Source: Mytilus trossulus (taxonomy: Eukaryota). From it: a stretch of 64,000 nt of DNA. How positions within the stretch are numbered: position 1 is the stretch's first letter; each line of letters starts with the position of its first letter. The translations under genes and the position numbers were made by a program. The notes beneath the pieces are model-generated. The model saw only the letters and a list, made by a program, of their open reading frames with translations, made no database searches and had not been told where the DNA came from. Shown one piece after another: positions 53,666-64,000 of the stretch. Location of the stretch: contig NC_086376.1 of the NCBI RefSeq assembly GCF_036588685.1, forward strand, positions 3,782,001-3,846,000, given 5' to 3'.

Positions 53666-54325
53666 TACATAGGAAAGTGAGTCAAAGAGTTATTCATAAT
53701 CTGAATCAATCCCCCTCCAATTGAACCATTTACGAAACCTGTAGTATTCTTCAAATTTGTAATTGTTCTTATATCGTTATTAAATACTTTTATAAAATCG
53801 AAGTAGTGTTTCAAAATTAAATCTCTAATATCAATACTCTTTATGTTATTGTATTGTACGTGTATTTTCAGAAGACTTCCTGGTCGGTATGAGAAACATC
53901 CGGGTTCTAAATACTCGATTTTGTTATACGATAATATAAGTCAATTTGCCTCAAATTAGACAGACTAGCTAGAGACGAAATGTCAATTCTTTTAATGTTG
54001 TTATCAGACAGTATCAGAATGTCGATAGATCTTAGACAGTCAAGGTTTGGTAAATACTGGATACTATTCCATGACAAATCAATGTCATTCGGGAAACTGT
54101 CAAGCGGGGCTCCGACATTTGCAAAATATTAAGTTGCTTGATGAAAACTTTGATGAACTCTTATGTTACTATATAAAGTTTCTGCTTCAAGTTTTGACAG
54201 TTAAAATATTCTTTATGTAAATACGAACCAATGAATATAACGTTTCTGCTTCAAGTTTTGACAGTTAAAATATTCTTTATGTAAATACGAACCAATGAAA
54301 TAATAAGAAAGATATATGCATTCAA
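53666..54325 (-). pseudogene. TLR 5' piece: degraded signal/N-terminus and about 5-6 LRRs
   Basis: Manual reverse-strand translation shows LxxLxLxxNxI repeats. It ends in FPMY, which joins ITLGF on the far side of the insertions. Confidence 0.8.
54172..54299. repeat. 64-bp tandem duplication in the TLR 5' region
   Basis: 54172-54235 and 54236-54299 are near-identical. Confidence 0.9.
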
Positions 54326-55910
54326 ACGTTTTCCTTAGAATGGTTGAGCTCCTTGTAAAACGATCAAAATTGTCACACAACACTGATAAAAAATGCCAAA
54401 TAAACATCGAAAAAATCAATGTTTGCTACCTGAATTTTCACATGAGCCTTTTCTTATATATAGTCTTACCTGTCTGAAAGTTTCAAAGCTATTGTCCCAG
54501 TAGAAATCTATATTAATTTTCTCCATGTCGGATATTTTTATTGACTGTACAATCGCTTGCAAGTTTACTGTAATATCACTCGGAGCATCCCTTTACAATC
54601 GCTTGGAGCTTTTCTTTTCATCGTTTGGCCAACTAGACTGCTCCGAAAGGAAGGTAACATACTTTACCTTGTTATGACTTCACGGTCCAGCTAGCAAGCA
54701 AGCTAGTCAAAGGTATAACGTTTCCTACACACTCATTGCATTTTGCTGTAATAGCTTCTAGTGGCATATGACTAATTATAACTCTTAAGAAGATAATGAT
54801 TACTACTATCTTTTCTGCCACATTCATGATCAATTTATGTTTTCCATGAAACTTTTGTCATATAAATATTTATTATAACTACTGCAATCCAATACAATAT
54901 ATGTCTGGCATGATTTTTCTCTCCTTTTCCTGTTACAATTTTTGGTATTGTCATCAATTTGTGTTTTAACCAAAATTATACACTCAAAAGAGTTGAATAT
55001 ATTTGAAGCTTTTATTTGAATTGCTGCAGCCTGCATTAGCGGATCAGGTATGCGGGGAGAGGGAGTTTTGGTGGTTGAAACCCCATTTTTTCGATTTTTT
55101 TTTTATTTTGTGGACGTTTCAGGGTGTTCAGTGGTTTGGATCCCCCTTTTGTAGAAAGGCGGGATCCGCACCTAGTCTGATATCGTCAATGATAGTATGA
55201 TGATCCGATCATTCATCTGATTTTTTTTATAGTTTGGTCTTGTGCTGTGCTAGTTTTTGAGAGAAATGAGCGCACACAGACATTTTTTGCTAGTTTTGGG
55301 GAGAAACCCTGCTAAATTCTATATGTACCTGTTTCAAGTCAAGGGCTCGTAGTTCAGTGGTTGTCGTTGGTTCATGTCTGTCAGATATGTTTTTCGTAAA
55401 TTGTTTTATCATGAATTCGGCCGTCAATTAAATTCGAAAGGTATTGATTCCTATTTTCATGTCGGGACCTTTTATAGCCGACTATAATTGCTTAAATCCA
55501 ATTATTTTTTTTAACTTTGACTATCATATCACATCTCCTTATTTTTATATTGAAAACATAAATGTGGTTTGATAAAATGTTGTTTTCACTAATAAAAATA
55601 CCAACTGTTTCGTTCGTTTGTCGGATGCTATAGTTGGTAATATTGAAAAGTTCCTGAATCGTGACATTGATACAAAGAAAATCATGTTGAAGGATTTTGT
55701 GTTTTCTCTGTCTTTCAGATAACAAGTCCTCTCCCATTTAATTTTACTGGAGCTTTTTCTACCAGTAGCTATAGTTTGTAATAAACAGTCATCTTATTTG
55801 AAATTATACCACATCTTCTTATTTTAATATCATGTTTATTGACATATACGTGTCTTTTCTTAGATCAGTGGTTAGCTACCACCATTCCACTTTCGAATTC
55901 CTTGTTATAG

Positions 55911-56030
55911 TTACCAAATTAAAAATTATTGGGTATGTGTAGATACACCATAGGAGGGGCTAAATTTCACGAAAAACTTAGTTCATCCTATGATGTATCT
56001 ACACATAGCCAATAACTTTTTTATTTGGTA
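55911..56030. repeat. Long imperfect palindrome (~45-bp arms), part of a foldback-type element
   Basis: ttaccaaat…tatgtgtagatacaccatagga / tcctatgatgtatctacacata…atttggtaa. Confidence 0.75.
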
Positions 56031-57834
56031 AATGACATGTGTCAAAGTTCACAACTGATATCACAGGAAAGAAAATGTGTTACATTGTAGTTTTTGGCTA
56101 AAAGTGTGAGGTATCTAACATACACCACATGACAATTTTTAATCTTCTGGTAAACCAATCAGAGGGTCGATTTGGAACTGTGGTGTATGTGTCGATACAC
56201 TCACACTTTGTCAATAGAAAATCAAACAAACTATGGTACATATAAAGTTACAATATACCGATCCTGTGATGAAAAATTCTTTGTTGTATTGTTCAAGTAT
56301 GTATGTCCCAAGTCAGGAGCCTCTGGCCTATGTTAGTCTTGTATTTTTTTAATTTTAGTATCGTGTTTACAATTTGGAAATAAGTATGGCGTTCATTATC
56401 ACTGAACTAGTATATATTTGTTAATGGGCCAGCTGAATGACGCCTCCGGGTTCGGGAAATTCTCGCTACATTGAAGACCTGTTGGTGACTTTCTGCTGTT
56501 GTTTTTTCTATGGTCGGGTTGTTGTCACTATGACACATTCCCCATTTCCATTCTCAATTGTATTTATTATTTTTTTAATTGCTGGTAAATAATATATTAA
56601 GTAAAATTCTAAAATGCTAATTACCCTTCCAGAGAATCTAGACTAAGTTTTCGCTGGCTGTATATGACGTCTTTATACTAAATCCATTGGATGTTGGATG
56701 TGTACACGGATTGATAGTTTAGTCTTAGATGCATGATTTTTTATTAGTTGTTAGTGGTTTTGGGCTAGCTGGTAGATAACTGCAAGTACTCTCAAATCTG
56801 TTTTTGTGTCGGGATGTATAAGTACCCGTTCACGTCCACTTGTATTTTTGTCCATCTGATGAGTTAAGCCTTTTTCAACTGATTTTTATAGTTCGTTCTT
56901 ATGTTGAACTGTTATACCACTGTCCTAGGTTAGGGAGAGAATTGAGATCCCGTTAACATGTTTAACCCCGCCACATTATTTATGTATGTGCCTGTCCCAA
57001 TTCAGGAGCCTGTAATTCAGTGGTTGTCGTTTGTTTATGTGTTACATATTTGTTTTTCGTTCATTTTGTTCATATAAATAAGGCCGTTAGTTTTCTCGTT
57101 TCGTATTTTTTGCATGGTCTTATCGGGTCCTTTTATAGCTGACTATGCGGTTTGGACTTTGCTCATTGTTGAAGGCCGTACAATGACTTATAGTTGTTAA
57201 TGTCTGTGTCATTTCGGTCTCTTGAGGACAGTTGTCTCATTGGCAATCATACCACATCTTCTTTTTTATAAGTCACCTTTTCGGTATATATAAATATTTA
57301 TTTTGTAGTATACGATGATTATTTTCATTTTTATTTAAGATTAGATTCTTAGCATATTTTGTACTGTCTTTTTTCTTTTTGTCTTTTATACTTATTTTGT
57401 GGTTGTTTGTTTATGTGTTACATATTTGTTTTTGTTCATTAATAAGCCGTTAGTTCTTTGAAGTCGTTTTACATTGTTATTTCGGGGCATTTTATAGCTG
57501 ACTATGCGGTATGGGCTTTGTTCATTGTTGACGACCGTACGGTGACCTATAGTTGGTAATTTCTGTGTCATTTGAGTCTCTTGTGAAGAGTTGTCTCTTT
57601 GGCAATCATACCGCATCATCTTTTTTATGTTTATTGTACACATTTTGTTTTTTGTCTCAGATATATTAAAAGGGTTCCTTGATAGAATCTTAATTCTCAA
57701 AATGACTGGTTTTGTGCTTATTCTCACTTCAAATACCATAGATGAATATAATAGGACAACAAGAAACAATCAATGCAATGCATATGCAATGTATTTAATA
57801 AATTTGGCCAAGCATTTCTACAGGAAAGCTCCCA

Positions 57835-58161
57835 AGACAGGTAAGACTATATATAAGAAAAGGTTTATGTGAAAATTCAGGTAGCAAACATTGATTTTTC
57901 GATGTTTATTTGGCATTTTTTATCAGTGTTGTGTGACAATTTTGATTGTTTTACAAGGAGCTCCACCATTCTAAGGAAAACGTTTGAATGCATATATCTT
58001 TCTTATTATTTTATTGGTTCATATTTACATAATGAATATTTCAGCTATCAAAACTTGAAGCAGAAACGTTATATAGGAACATAAGAGTTCGTCAAAGTTT
58101 CCATCAAGCAACTTGTTATTTTGCAAACGTTGGAGCACCGTTTGACAGTCTCCCGAATGAC
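57835..58161 (+). pseudogene. Inverted partial duplicate of the TLR 5' end
   Basis: Matches the reverse complement of ~54084-54475 but lacks the 64-bp duplication. Reads …QATCYFANVGAPFDSLPND and is then truncated. Confidence 0.85.
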
Positions 58162-58318
58162 CAAATTATTAGAAAACCGTACAGTTCCGTTCCCACACTG
58201 TGCTAATGATGATTGTGGATAAGTTTGGTCGAATTTGTCATATCTGTTTCAGAAGAGAAGGTTACAACATTTTACCAAAACATATTTTTAACAAGGCTTT
58301 TAAACTATTTTGATCTGA

Positions 58319-58362
58319 GCGTCACTGATGAGTCTTATGTAGACGAAACGCGCGTCTGGCGT
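58319..58362 (+). ncRNA. Minimal type I hammerhead ribozyme
   Basis: gcgtca-CUGAUGA-gucu(uaugu)agac-GAA-acgcgcgu-C-uggcgu; palindromic stem III; predicted cleavage after 58356. Confidence 0.88.
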
Positions 58363-58673
58363 ATAAAATTATAATCCTGGTACTTTTGATAACTATTTAC
58401 ACCACTGGGTCGATGCCACTGCTGGTGGACGTTTCGTCCCCGAGGGTATCACCAGCCCAGTAGTCAGCACTTCGGTGTTGACATGAATATCAATTTTGTG
58501 GTCATATTATAAAATTTTCTGTTTATAAAACTTTGAATTTTTCGAAAAACTAAGGATTTTCTTACCCCAGGAGTAGATTACCTTAGCCGTATTTGGCACA
58601 ACTTTTTGGAATTTTGGGTCCTCTATGCTCTTCAACTTTGTATTTGTTTGGCTTTTACACTATTTTGATCTGA

Positions 58674-58717
58674 GCGTCACTGATGAGTCTTATGTAGACG
58701 AAACGCGCGTCTGGCGT
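58674..58717 (+). ncRNA. Minimal type I hammerhead ribozyme (second copy)
   Basis: Identical to 58319-58362; predicted cleavage after 58711. Confidence 0.88.
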
Positions 58718-58995
58718 ATAAAATTATAATCCTGGTACTTTTGATAACTATTTAACAAGATGGTCCAATAATGACCAAATTTAGTTAACTTTTGCTCCGA
58801 TGATTTTAGTAAAATTATAGGGAGGACATCAAGTGATGAGAAAAGCTCACCTCGCCCAGCTAATAAGATGAGATTATTTTTTTAAAATGCAAGTTCACAA
58901 GAAAGTCCTAATGGTAATGTGTCACCCTATCCCAGACTCAATATTTCGACTCCTAACACTAGCATTCATAGCGTAAGAACCAGTATATACCAATT

Positions 58996-59611
58996 TTAGG
59001 CCTAAAATAAAATATTGTGTGTTTCCCCAATCCCGACCGACCCTGCAAAAACAGTGCTACTCATAAAATTTTATTGTCAAAACTAAGTCAAATATTATTT
59101 TATTCATTTCCAATTTCCTGGCTTGCCGGATTGTATGATATTGTTCAAACTTTTTAGAAAAATAAAATTATTTCCCTACCTACCAACCAACACCTGACTT
59201 GGCAGGGTCGGGATTGGGAAAACAAACAATATTTAATGAATGGCTACTGATGATTATCTACTTTGAATTTATTGAACCATAAAACTATTTTTTGACTCTT
59301 CACATTGAATAATCCGCGAAGCGGATTATGTAAAATGTGAAGAGTCAAAAATTAGTTTTATGGTTCAATAAAATCAAAATATATTATTGCCATTCATTAT
59401 AAATAAATTTCTATCAAAAGTAAGGCTCACAGAACTTTTTATATTGTATATTTTAACAATAGCAACGAACACATATGTTGGCGCATGAATACACAACGCC
59501 AGAGTGGGCGTGTCGCCATCAAAATTGACAGCATTGAAAATAAAACTTATAATTTTAACCAATCAGAAGACAGTAAAAACACAAAATTTATTTATATTAA
59601 TTTAGGCCTTA
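58996..59611. mobile_element. MITE (taggcc… TIR) whose right TIR is interrupted by a palindromic element (~59232-59596)
   Basis: Left TIR is taggcctaaaataaaatattgtgtgtttccccaatcccgacc. The right TIR is split between 59205-59233 and 59597-59611. Confidence 0.65.
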
Positions 59612-59789
59612 GTCTAGTTCCACTTTGCTGTGCTTCAAACACCGTCAGGAGTACTGAGGCTGTTTTTAAAAAGTTTAAAAGAGGCTTGGATATAAAATGA
59701 TGTATGCCATTATAGAATGGGTTAGTGACCTTGCTTGTGATCTACACCCTACATAAATTCCAGCATTCTAAGACTGATGAAACGTATAT

Positions 59790-60108
59790 GAAGGGTTAGA
59801 TCTCACAAACATGTTTAACCCCGCCGCATTTTTGCGCCTGTCTCAAGTCAGGAGCCTCTGGCCTTTGTTAGTCTTGTATTATTTTAATTTTAGTTTCTAG
59901 TGTACAATTTGGAAATTAGTATGGCGTTCATTATCACTGAACTATATTAGTATATATTTGTTTAGGGGCCAGCTGGAGGACGCCTCCGAGTGCGGGAATT
60001 TCTCAGTCGCTACATTGAAGACCTGTTGATGACCTTCTGCTGTTGTTTTTTTATTTGGTCGGGTTGTTGTCTCTTTGACACATTCCCCATTTCCATTCCC
60101 AATTTTAT
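59790..60108 (+). repeat. Interspersed repeat ending gacacattccccatttccattctcaatttta
   Basis: Copies at ~9690-9825, 22250-22390 and 56305-56565; inverted copy at 30800-30900. Confidence 0.8.
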
Positions 60109-63100
60109 GAGAATAAACTTACTACAAACATGACAGCAAAGATACAGAAGAAACGTTAGAACAACGTTGAGAACAAAAGAATAAATTGGAATAAGGTTGA
60201 TAAAACTGCTTATCAGGAAGAGATTGAGAATAAACTGTCAACATGGACTGATGAAATAAACCTTAATTTGACATTTGATAATATACCAGATAAGATAAAT
60301 GAACTTTGTACAATCATGGCAGCGACAGCTTCTAAATGTAGCCGTTCTAAACGCTCAAAATGTAAAAAGTTAAAGAAAAAGCCCTGGACTCCAGAATTGG
60401 AAAATATGGCTAAGGTAAATAGAGATCATTTTGCAAAGTGGAAAGCCGCTGGCCGACCTACTGATAAAAGTAACATTTTATTCCAAAATATTCAGTTTTA
60501 CAAAAAGAAGCTTAGATCAATGCAAAGGCAACTTGAGGCAAGTTTAAGAATTAACAAATATCAGAAAATTATGGAACTTCACGAGGGAAATGATGCTGGT
60601 TTTTATTCTTTAGTAAGGAAACAAAGAAATCCAGCAAATACCACAACTTCTTCGATTACTTTTAATGATATCTCTTTAAATAACGATAACTTGATTCGTG
60701 ATGCATGGATGGATTACTTTCAAGATTTGGCATCTCCTATGGATTCTGAAAATTTTGATAAAGAACATTTTAGTCTGGTTGAAAATGATATAAAACATCT
60801 AACTAAAACTTTTACTGAAAATAAGATAGAAAATATTTCACCTGTAACAGAAGTTGAAATGAAAAGTATTTTAGCATCTATGAAAAATAATAAATCTGCT
60901 GATGAAGAAAACATAGCAGCTGAACATTTGAAATATGGTGGACCTATTATGATAACTATAATGACTTTTCTTATAAATGCTATTTTTAAACATTTACATA
61001 TTCCAACTTTATTAAAAGGTGGGATAGCCTGTCCTGTTTTGAAAAATGGAAAACCAAAAATTGATCCGAACTCATATCGGAAAATAACTATAACAAGTAC
61101 AGTAGGAAAAGTTGTTGAGAAAGCTCATTTATCTCAAAATAAAAACTCTGTAATTAAAAACCAAAATAAATTACAAAAAGGATTTACCTCTGGAGAAATG
61201 CCTATTATTGCTGCTTTAATTTTAACTGAACTTATAATTCAAGCAATTAAGACAAAATCACCACTTTATGTGGCTTTAATGGATGCAAGGAAAGCTTTTG
61301 ACATTGTGTGGCATCTTGGCCTGATGAGAGAAATGCACAAGTTTGGATTAACGGGGGACAATTGGTTATTCTTTAAAAGATGGTATGAAAATCTTAAATC
61401 AAAAATTAAATGGAAAGGGTTGCTTTCAAACTCAATAGAGGAACAACAAGGTGTACGACAAGGCGGTATCTGGTCACCGACAGCCTATAAAATATTTATA
61501 AATTCACTTTTACAAACGTTTGAAAGAAATCAATTAGGAGCATGTATTGGACCCATTTATTGTGGTATCCCAACAGTAGCTGACGATGTTGCTTTAATCT
61601 CAACAGATCCATATGAATTACAAACAATGTTAAATGTACAGGCAGATCATGCAAACAAATTGAGATATCTACTCAGTGAGCAAAAATCTACTATATTAGT
61701 ATATAACGATAAATTGCCAAAATCTTGGTTTTTGAATGGAAAATCAGTAACACTTTCTGAATCTGCAGTTCACCTTGGAATAGATAGAAATATAACTAAA
61801 AATGCAGGGGTTAAAGAAGTTGTGAACAAGCGTATTACTACGGCAAGGAAAACTGTATACTCTCTTATGGGTGCTGGGTTACACGGTTTGAATGGAGTAA
61901 ATCCAAAAGTTTCTGTACACTTGATTCAAATATATGTTATACCTAGACTACTATATGGTTTAGATGTCATATCGCTCTCAAATACAGATATACAAAAGAT
62001 GGAACTATTCTTTAGACAATTATTAAAGCAAATTCAGCACCTGCCTAAACGCACATCAATAGCTGCAACTTTACTATTATTAGGGCGTATTCCTATAGAG
62101 GGAGAAATTCATAAGAAAATTCTGAAAACATTTGGAAACATAATTAGAAATGATAAGTCTGTTGAAAGAGAAATTGCTTTTAGACAATTGGCTATGAAAG
62201 ATGAAAAATCTGGAAGTTGGTTTACAAAACTACACAATTTAACTGTAATTTATGGATTGCCATCGCCTTATGATATCATTGAGAATCCACCATCAAAAAT
62301 AAGCTGGAATAGACTTGTGAATAACTGTATAAATAATCATTTTTTACAAAATTTAAAGAAGGAAGCTAAAGAAAAGTCATCCTTGAAATATATTAATTTT
62401 AATGATTCCAACATAGGAACTGTGCATAATATTTGGAAAAGCAGTGGGACTGACCCGTACTCTGTTAATATGGCTGCAATTAAAGTTAAAATTGCCACCG
62501 GAATAATGATTCTTCAGTATCAGAGGTCTAGATTTTCAAAAAACTGTATCTCAGCAATCTGTCCATTATGTAACATTGAACCAGAAGATATGACTCACTT
62601 TATACTTAAATGTGAAAAACTGTCAAGCATAAGAAATCGCTTTATGCAAGAGTTGAAATCTCTTCTCGTAGATTGTAATAAGCCACCTTTGCTAATTCAA
62701 GAACTATTTGATGACAAGGAGAATCTTTTACATCTAATTATAGACTGTACATCATATCATTTTCTTACCTACAAGGAACAGGTCCGTATAGAGACATTAA
62801 CCAGAGGTCTGTGTTACAAACTATATCACAAACGTTTACTTTTAATGTCTGAGTAAATTTGATTCGCATTTACTGGATTGTGTCAGGATTTATTCTGCAA
62901 TATTGAGAGATGGATAGTGTTTGAACTGAAAACTCGTATCCAAGGCTTGTAAAATATCAAGTGGTTTTAGATTTTAAATATTTTATTAGCGTGTTTTATA
63001 TGGAATAATTGCTTACCAAATGAACAGTGAAACGTTTTTTAGATTTTAAAGATACCAAGGACAGTGTTTTGAACAGTAAATGCTATTGCGAGGGCAGGAG

Positions 63101-63396
63101 TGTTTTAATTATAGTCTATAACACTATGTTATATGGAGATATAATAGTGATCCGGCTATGAACGATTGGACTGTGTAATATATATAGTAAACTACGTTTA
63201 CATGGTGATGGATTAGTCCGCATGCTGTATATATGTTACTGTTATATAAATCATTATAATAACTACCTACGTATATTGATTTTATGAGTGCCCCGTGTGT
63301 AAGGGTTAGGGTGCAAATAAGGGTGCAAATTGGAATTACGCTATAGAAGCGAAGCTCCTGCTAGAGGAGGAAGATAAAGACTAGGTAACAGGTAAC
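60109..63396 (+). mobile_element. 5'-truncated non-LTR retrotransposon (LINE, possibly RTE-X-like)
   Basis: Long RT ORF, ~540-nt 3'UTR and short aggtaac tail repeats. The endonuclease domain is missing at the 5' end. The clade is an inference. Confidence 0.85.
60268..62856 (+). CDS. LINE ORF2 fragment: reverse transcriptase and C-terminal CCHC zinc finger
   Basis: YRKITITS, QKGF, LMDARKAFDIVWH, GVRQGGIWSP, VADDVAL and CPLCNIEPEDMTHFILKC. The frame is open from 60160. Confidence 0.9.
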   Translation: MTFDNIPDKINELCTIMAATASKCSRSKRSKCKKLKKKPWTPELENMAKVNRDHFAKWKAAGRPTDKSNILFQNIQFYKKKLRSMQRQLEASLRINKYQKIMELHEGNDAGFYSLVRKQRNPANTTTSSITFNDISLNNDNLIRDAWMDYFQDLASPMDSENFDKEHFSLVENDIKHLTKTFTENKIENISPVTEVEMKSILASMKNNKSADEENIAAEHLKYGGPIMITIMTFLINAIFKHLHIPTLLKGGIACPVLKNGKPKIDPNSYRKITITSTVGKVVEKAHLSQNKNSVIKNQNKLQKGFTSGEMPIIAALILTELIIQAIKTKSPLYVALMDARKAFDIVWHLGLMREMHKFGLTGDNWLFFKRWYENLKSKIKWKGLLSNSIEEQQGVRQGGIWSPTAYKIFINSLLQTFERNQLGACIGPIYCGIPTVADDVALISTDPYELQTMLNVQADHANKLRYLLSEQKSTILVYNDKLPKSWFLNGKSVTLSESAVHLGIDRNITKNAGVKEVVNKRITTARKTVYSLMGAGLHGLNGVNPKVSVHLIQIYVIPRLLYGLDVISLSNTDIQKMELFFRQLLKQIQHLPKRTSIAATLLLLGRIPIEGEIHKKILKTFGNIIRNDKSVEREIAFRQLAMKDEKSGSWFTKLHNLTVIYGLPSPYDIIENPPSKISWNRLVNNCINNHFLQNLKKEAKEKSSLKYINFNDSNIGTVHNIWKSSGTDPYSVNMAAIKVKIATGIMILQYQRSRFSKNCISAICPLCNIEPEDMTHFILKCEKLSSIRNRFMQELKSLLVDCNKPPLLIQELFDDKENLLHLIIDCTSYHFLTYKEQVRIETLTRGLCYKLYHKRLLLMSE

Positions 63397-64000
63397 GTTA
63401 GACCAAGAAATTTATATATGTTGTCAGTTTGTTTTAGATTTACGAGTTTACCTGTCCCTTTGGTATCTTTCGTCCCTCTTTTATATAAGACTGGAAAGCA
63501 AATTTTCTCAGAAATAAAAGAAACATTAATACAGTGTAAGTGTGCTAATCACTGCATCTTTAACTGCAAGATGATGCTGTTACAATTGATGAAAAGCTGC
63601 AACCCTATCAAGTTACTGAGAAGTGCTACAATGTTTATATATAAGCAGCACATAATCAGTAACAAAAAAGGCTGTTAACTTATTAATTTTTGACAGCAGT
63701 ACTTTTAGAAGTTGAAATGTTTACTCGAGATTTTTGAAGAAAATAAGAACTACACAAGAGAAAAAAGAAAACTGCACTTCCATTAGACCAGTACATCAAG
63801 CCCTAATAAAGAAATTAACATTCTCTTCCTAACTTCTTTACATACAACTCTTAATATTACCCTCATCTACTCAATTTTTTCTTTTTCTCCCTATAGAACA
63901 TATATCCATACATACCACTCTCATTATTTACCCTCATCCACCCTCCATTTCTCTCTTATCCATATCAACCTTAACCACCTATATTAGCCTAGCTGCTACT

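Larger units (their letters stand above)
42066..54325 (-). pseudogene. Toll-like receptor (multiple cysteine cluster, protostome-type) pseudogene in three pieces: ~54325-53666, ~44785-43936, 42659-42066
   Basis: The 5' piece translates to LRRs (IDLSWNSIQYLP, ILILSDNNIKRI, LRQIDLSYNKIEYL, LKIHVQYNNIKSI, IQIMNNSLTHFPMY). The middle piece gives LRR-CT (DVRGNTWICDCK), LRR-NT (CPHRCNC…VNC), further LRRs, a second LRR-CT and the TM start. The last piece gives the TM end and TIR. Frameshifts occur near 53935 and 44670, with a stop near 54130. Confidence 0.85.
58296..58752 (+). mobile_element. Non-LTR retrozyme / Penelope pLTR-type unit with two hammerheads 355 nt apart
   Basis: ~105-bp direct repeat at each end containing a hammerhead; flanked by TTTAACAAG on both sides (58287-58295, 58751-58759). 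Confidence 0.85.

Noticed and set aside
54430-54469. 5'UTR intron of the TLR (cag|gtaaga … ttcag on - strand)
   Set aside because: Only 40 nt, too short to support

Overview
AT-rich eukaryotic (animal) genomic DNA. A bivalve such as Mytilus is the most likely source, inferred from the repeat families and the ~355-nt hammerhead retrozyme. The left two-thirds hold a multi-exon + strand ADAMTS-like gene (THSD4/ADAMTSL-type). Its domain order is TSP1, Cys-rich, spacer, an N/R/Q/D hexapeptide-repeat insert, six TSP1 and PLAC. Fourteen phase-consistent exons run from 13995 to 39425, with two candidate signal-peptide exons upstream. The right third holds a - strand multi-cysteine-cluster Toll-like receptor pseudogene (~54325 to 42066) split into three pieces by insertions: (1) a non-autonomous Helitron; (2) an ~8.3 kb Ty3/Gypsy LTR retrotransposon with gag, a -1 frameshift signal, PR, a dUTPase-like segment, RT, RH, IN and a chromo-like tail, which itself carries a Penelope-like fragment; (3) a TIR DNA element with a nested MITE. 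The window also contains Penelope-like RT fragments, hammerhead ribozymes including a TSD-flanked retrozyme, a 5'-truncated LINE with an intact 862-aa RT ORF, MITEs, long palindromes, a 71-bp minisatellite, a pseudo-exon copy of the PLAC terminal exon, and an inverted partial duplicate of the TLR 5' end. All calls come from manual reading and translation; no database searches were run.
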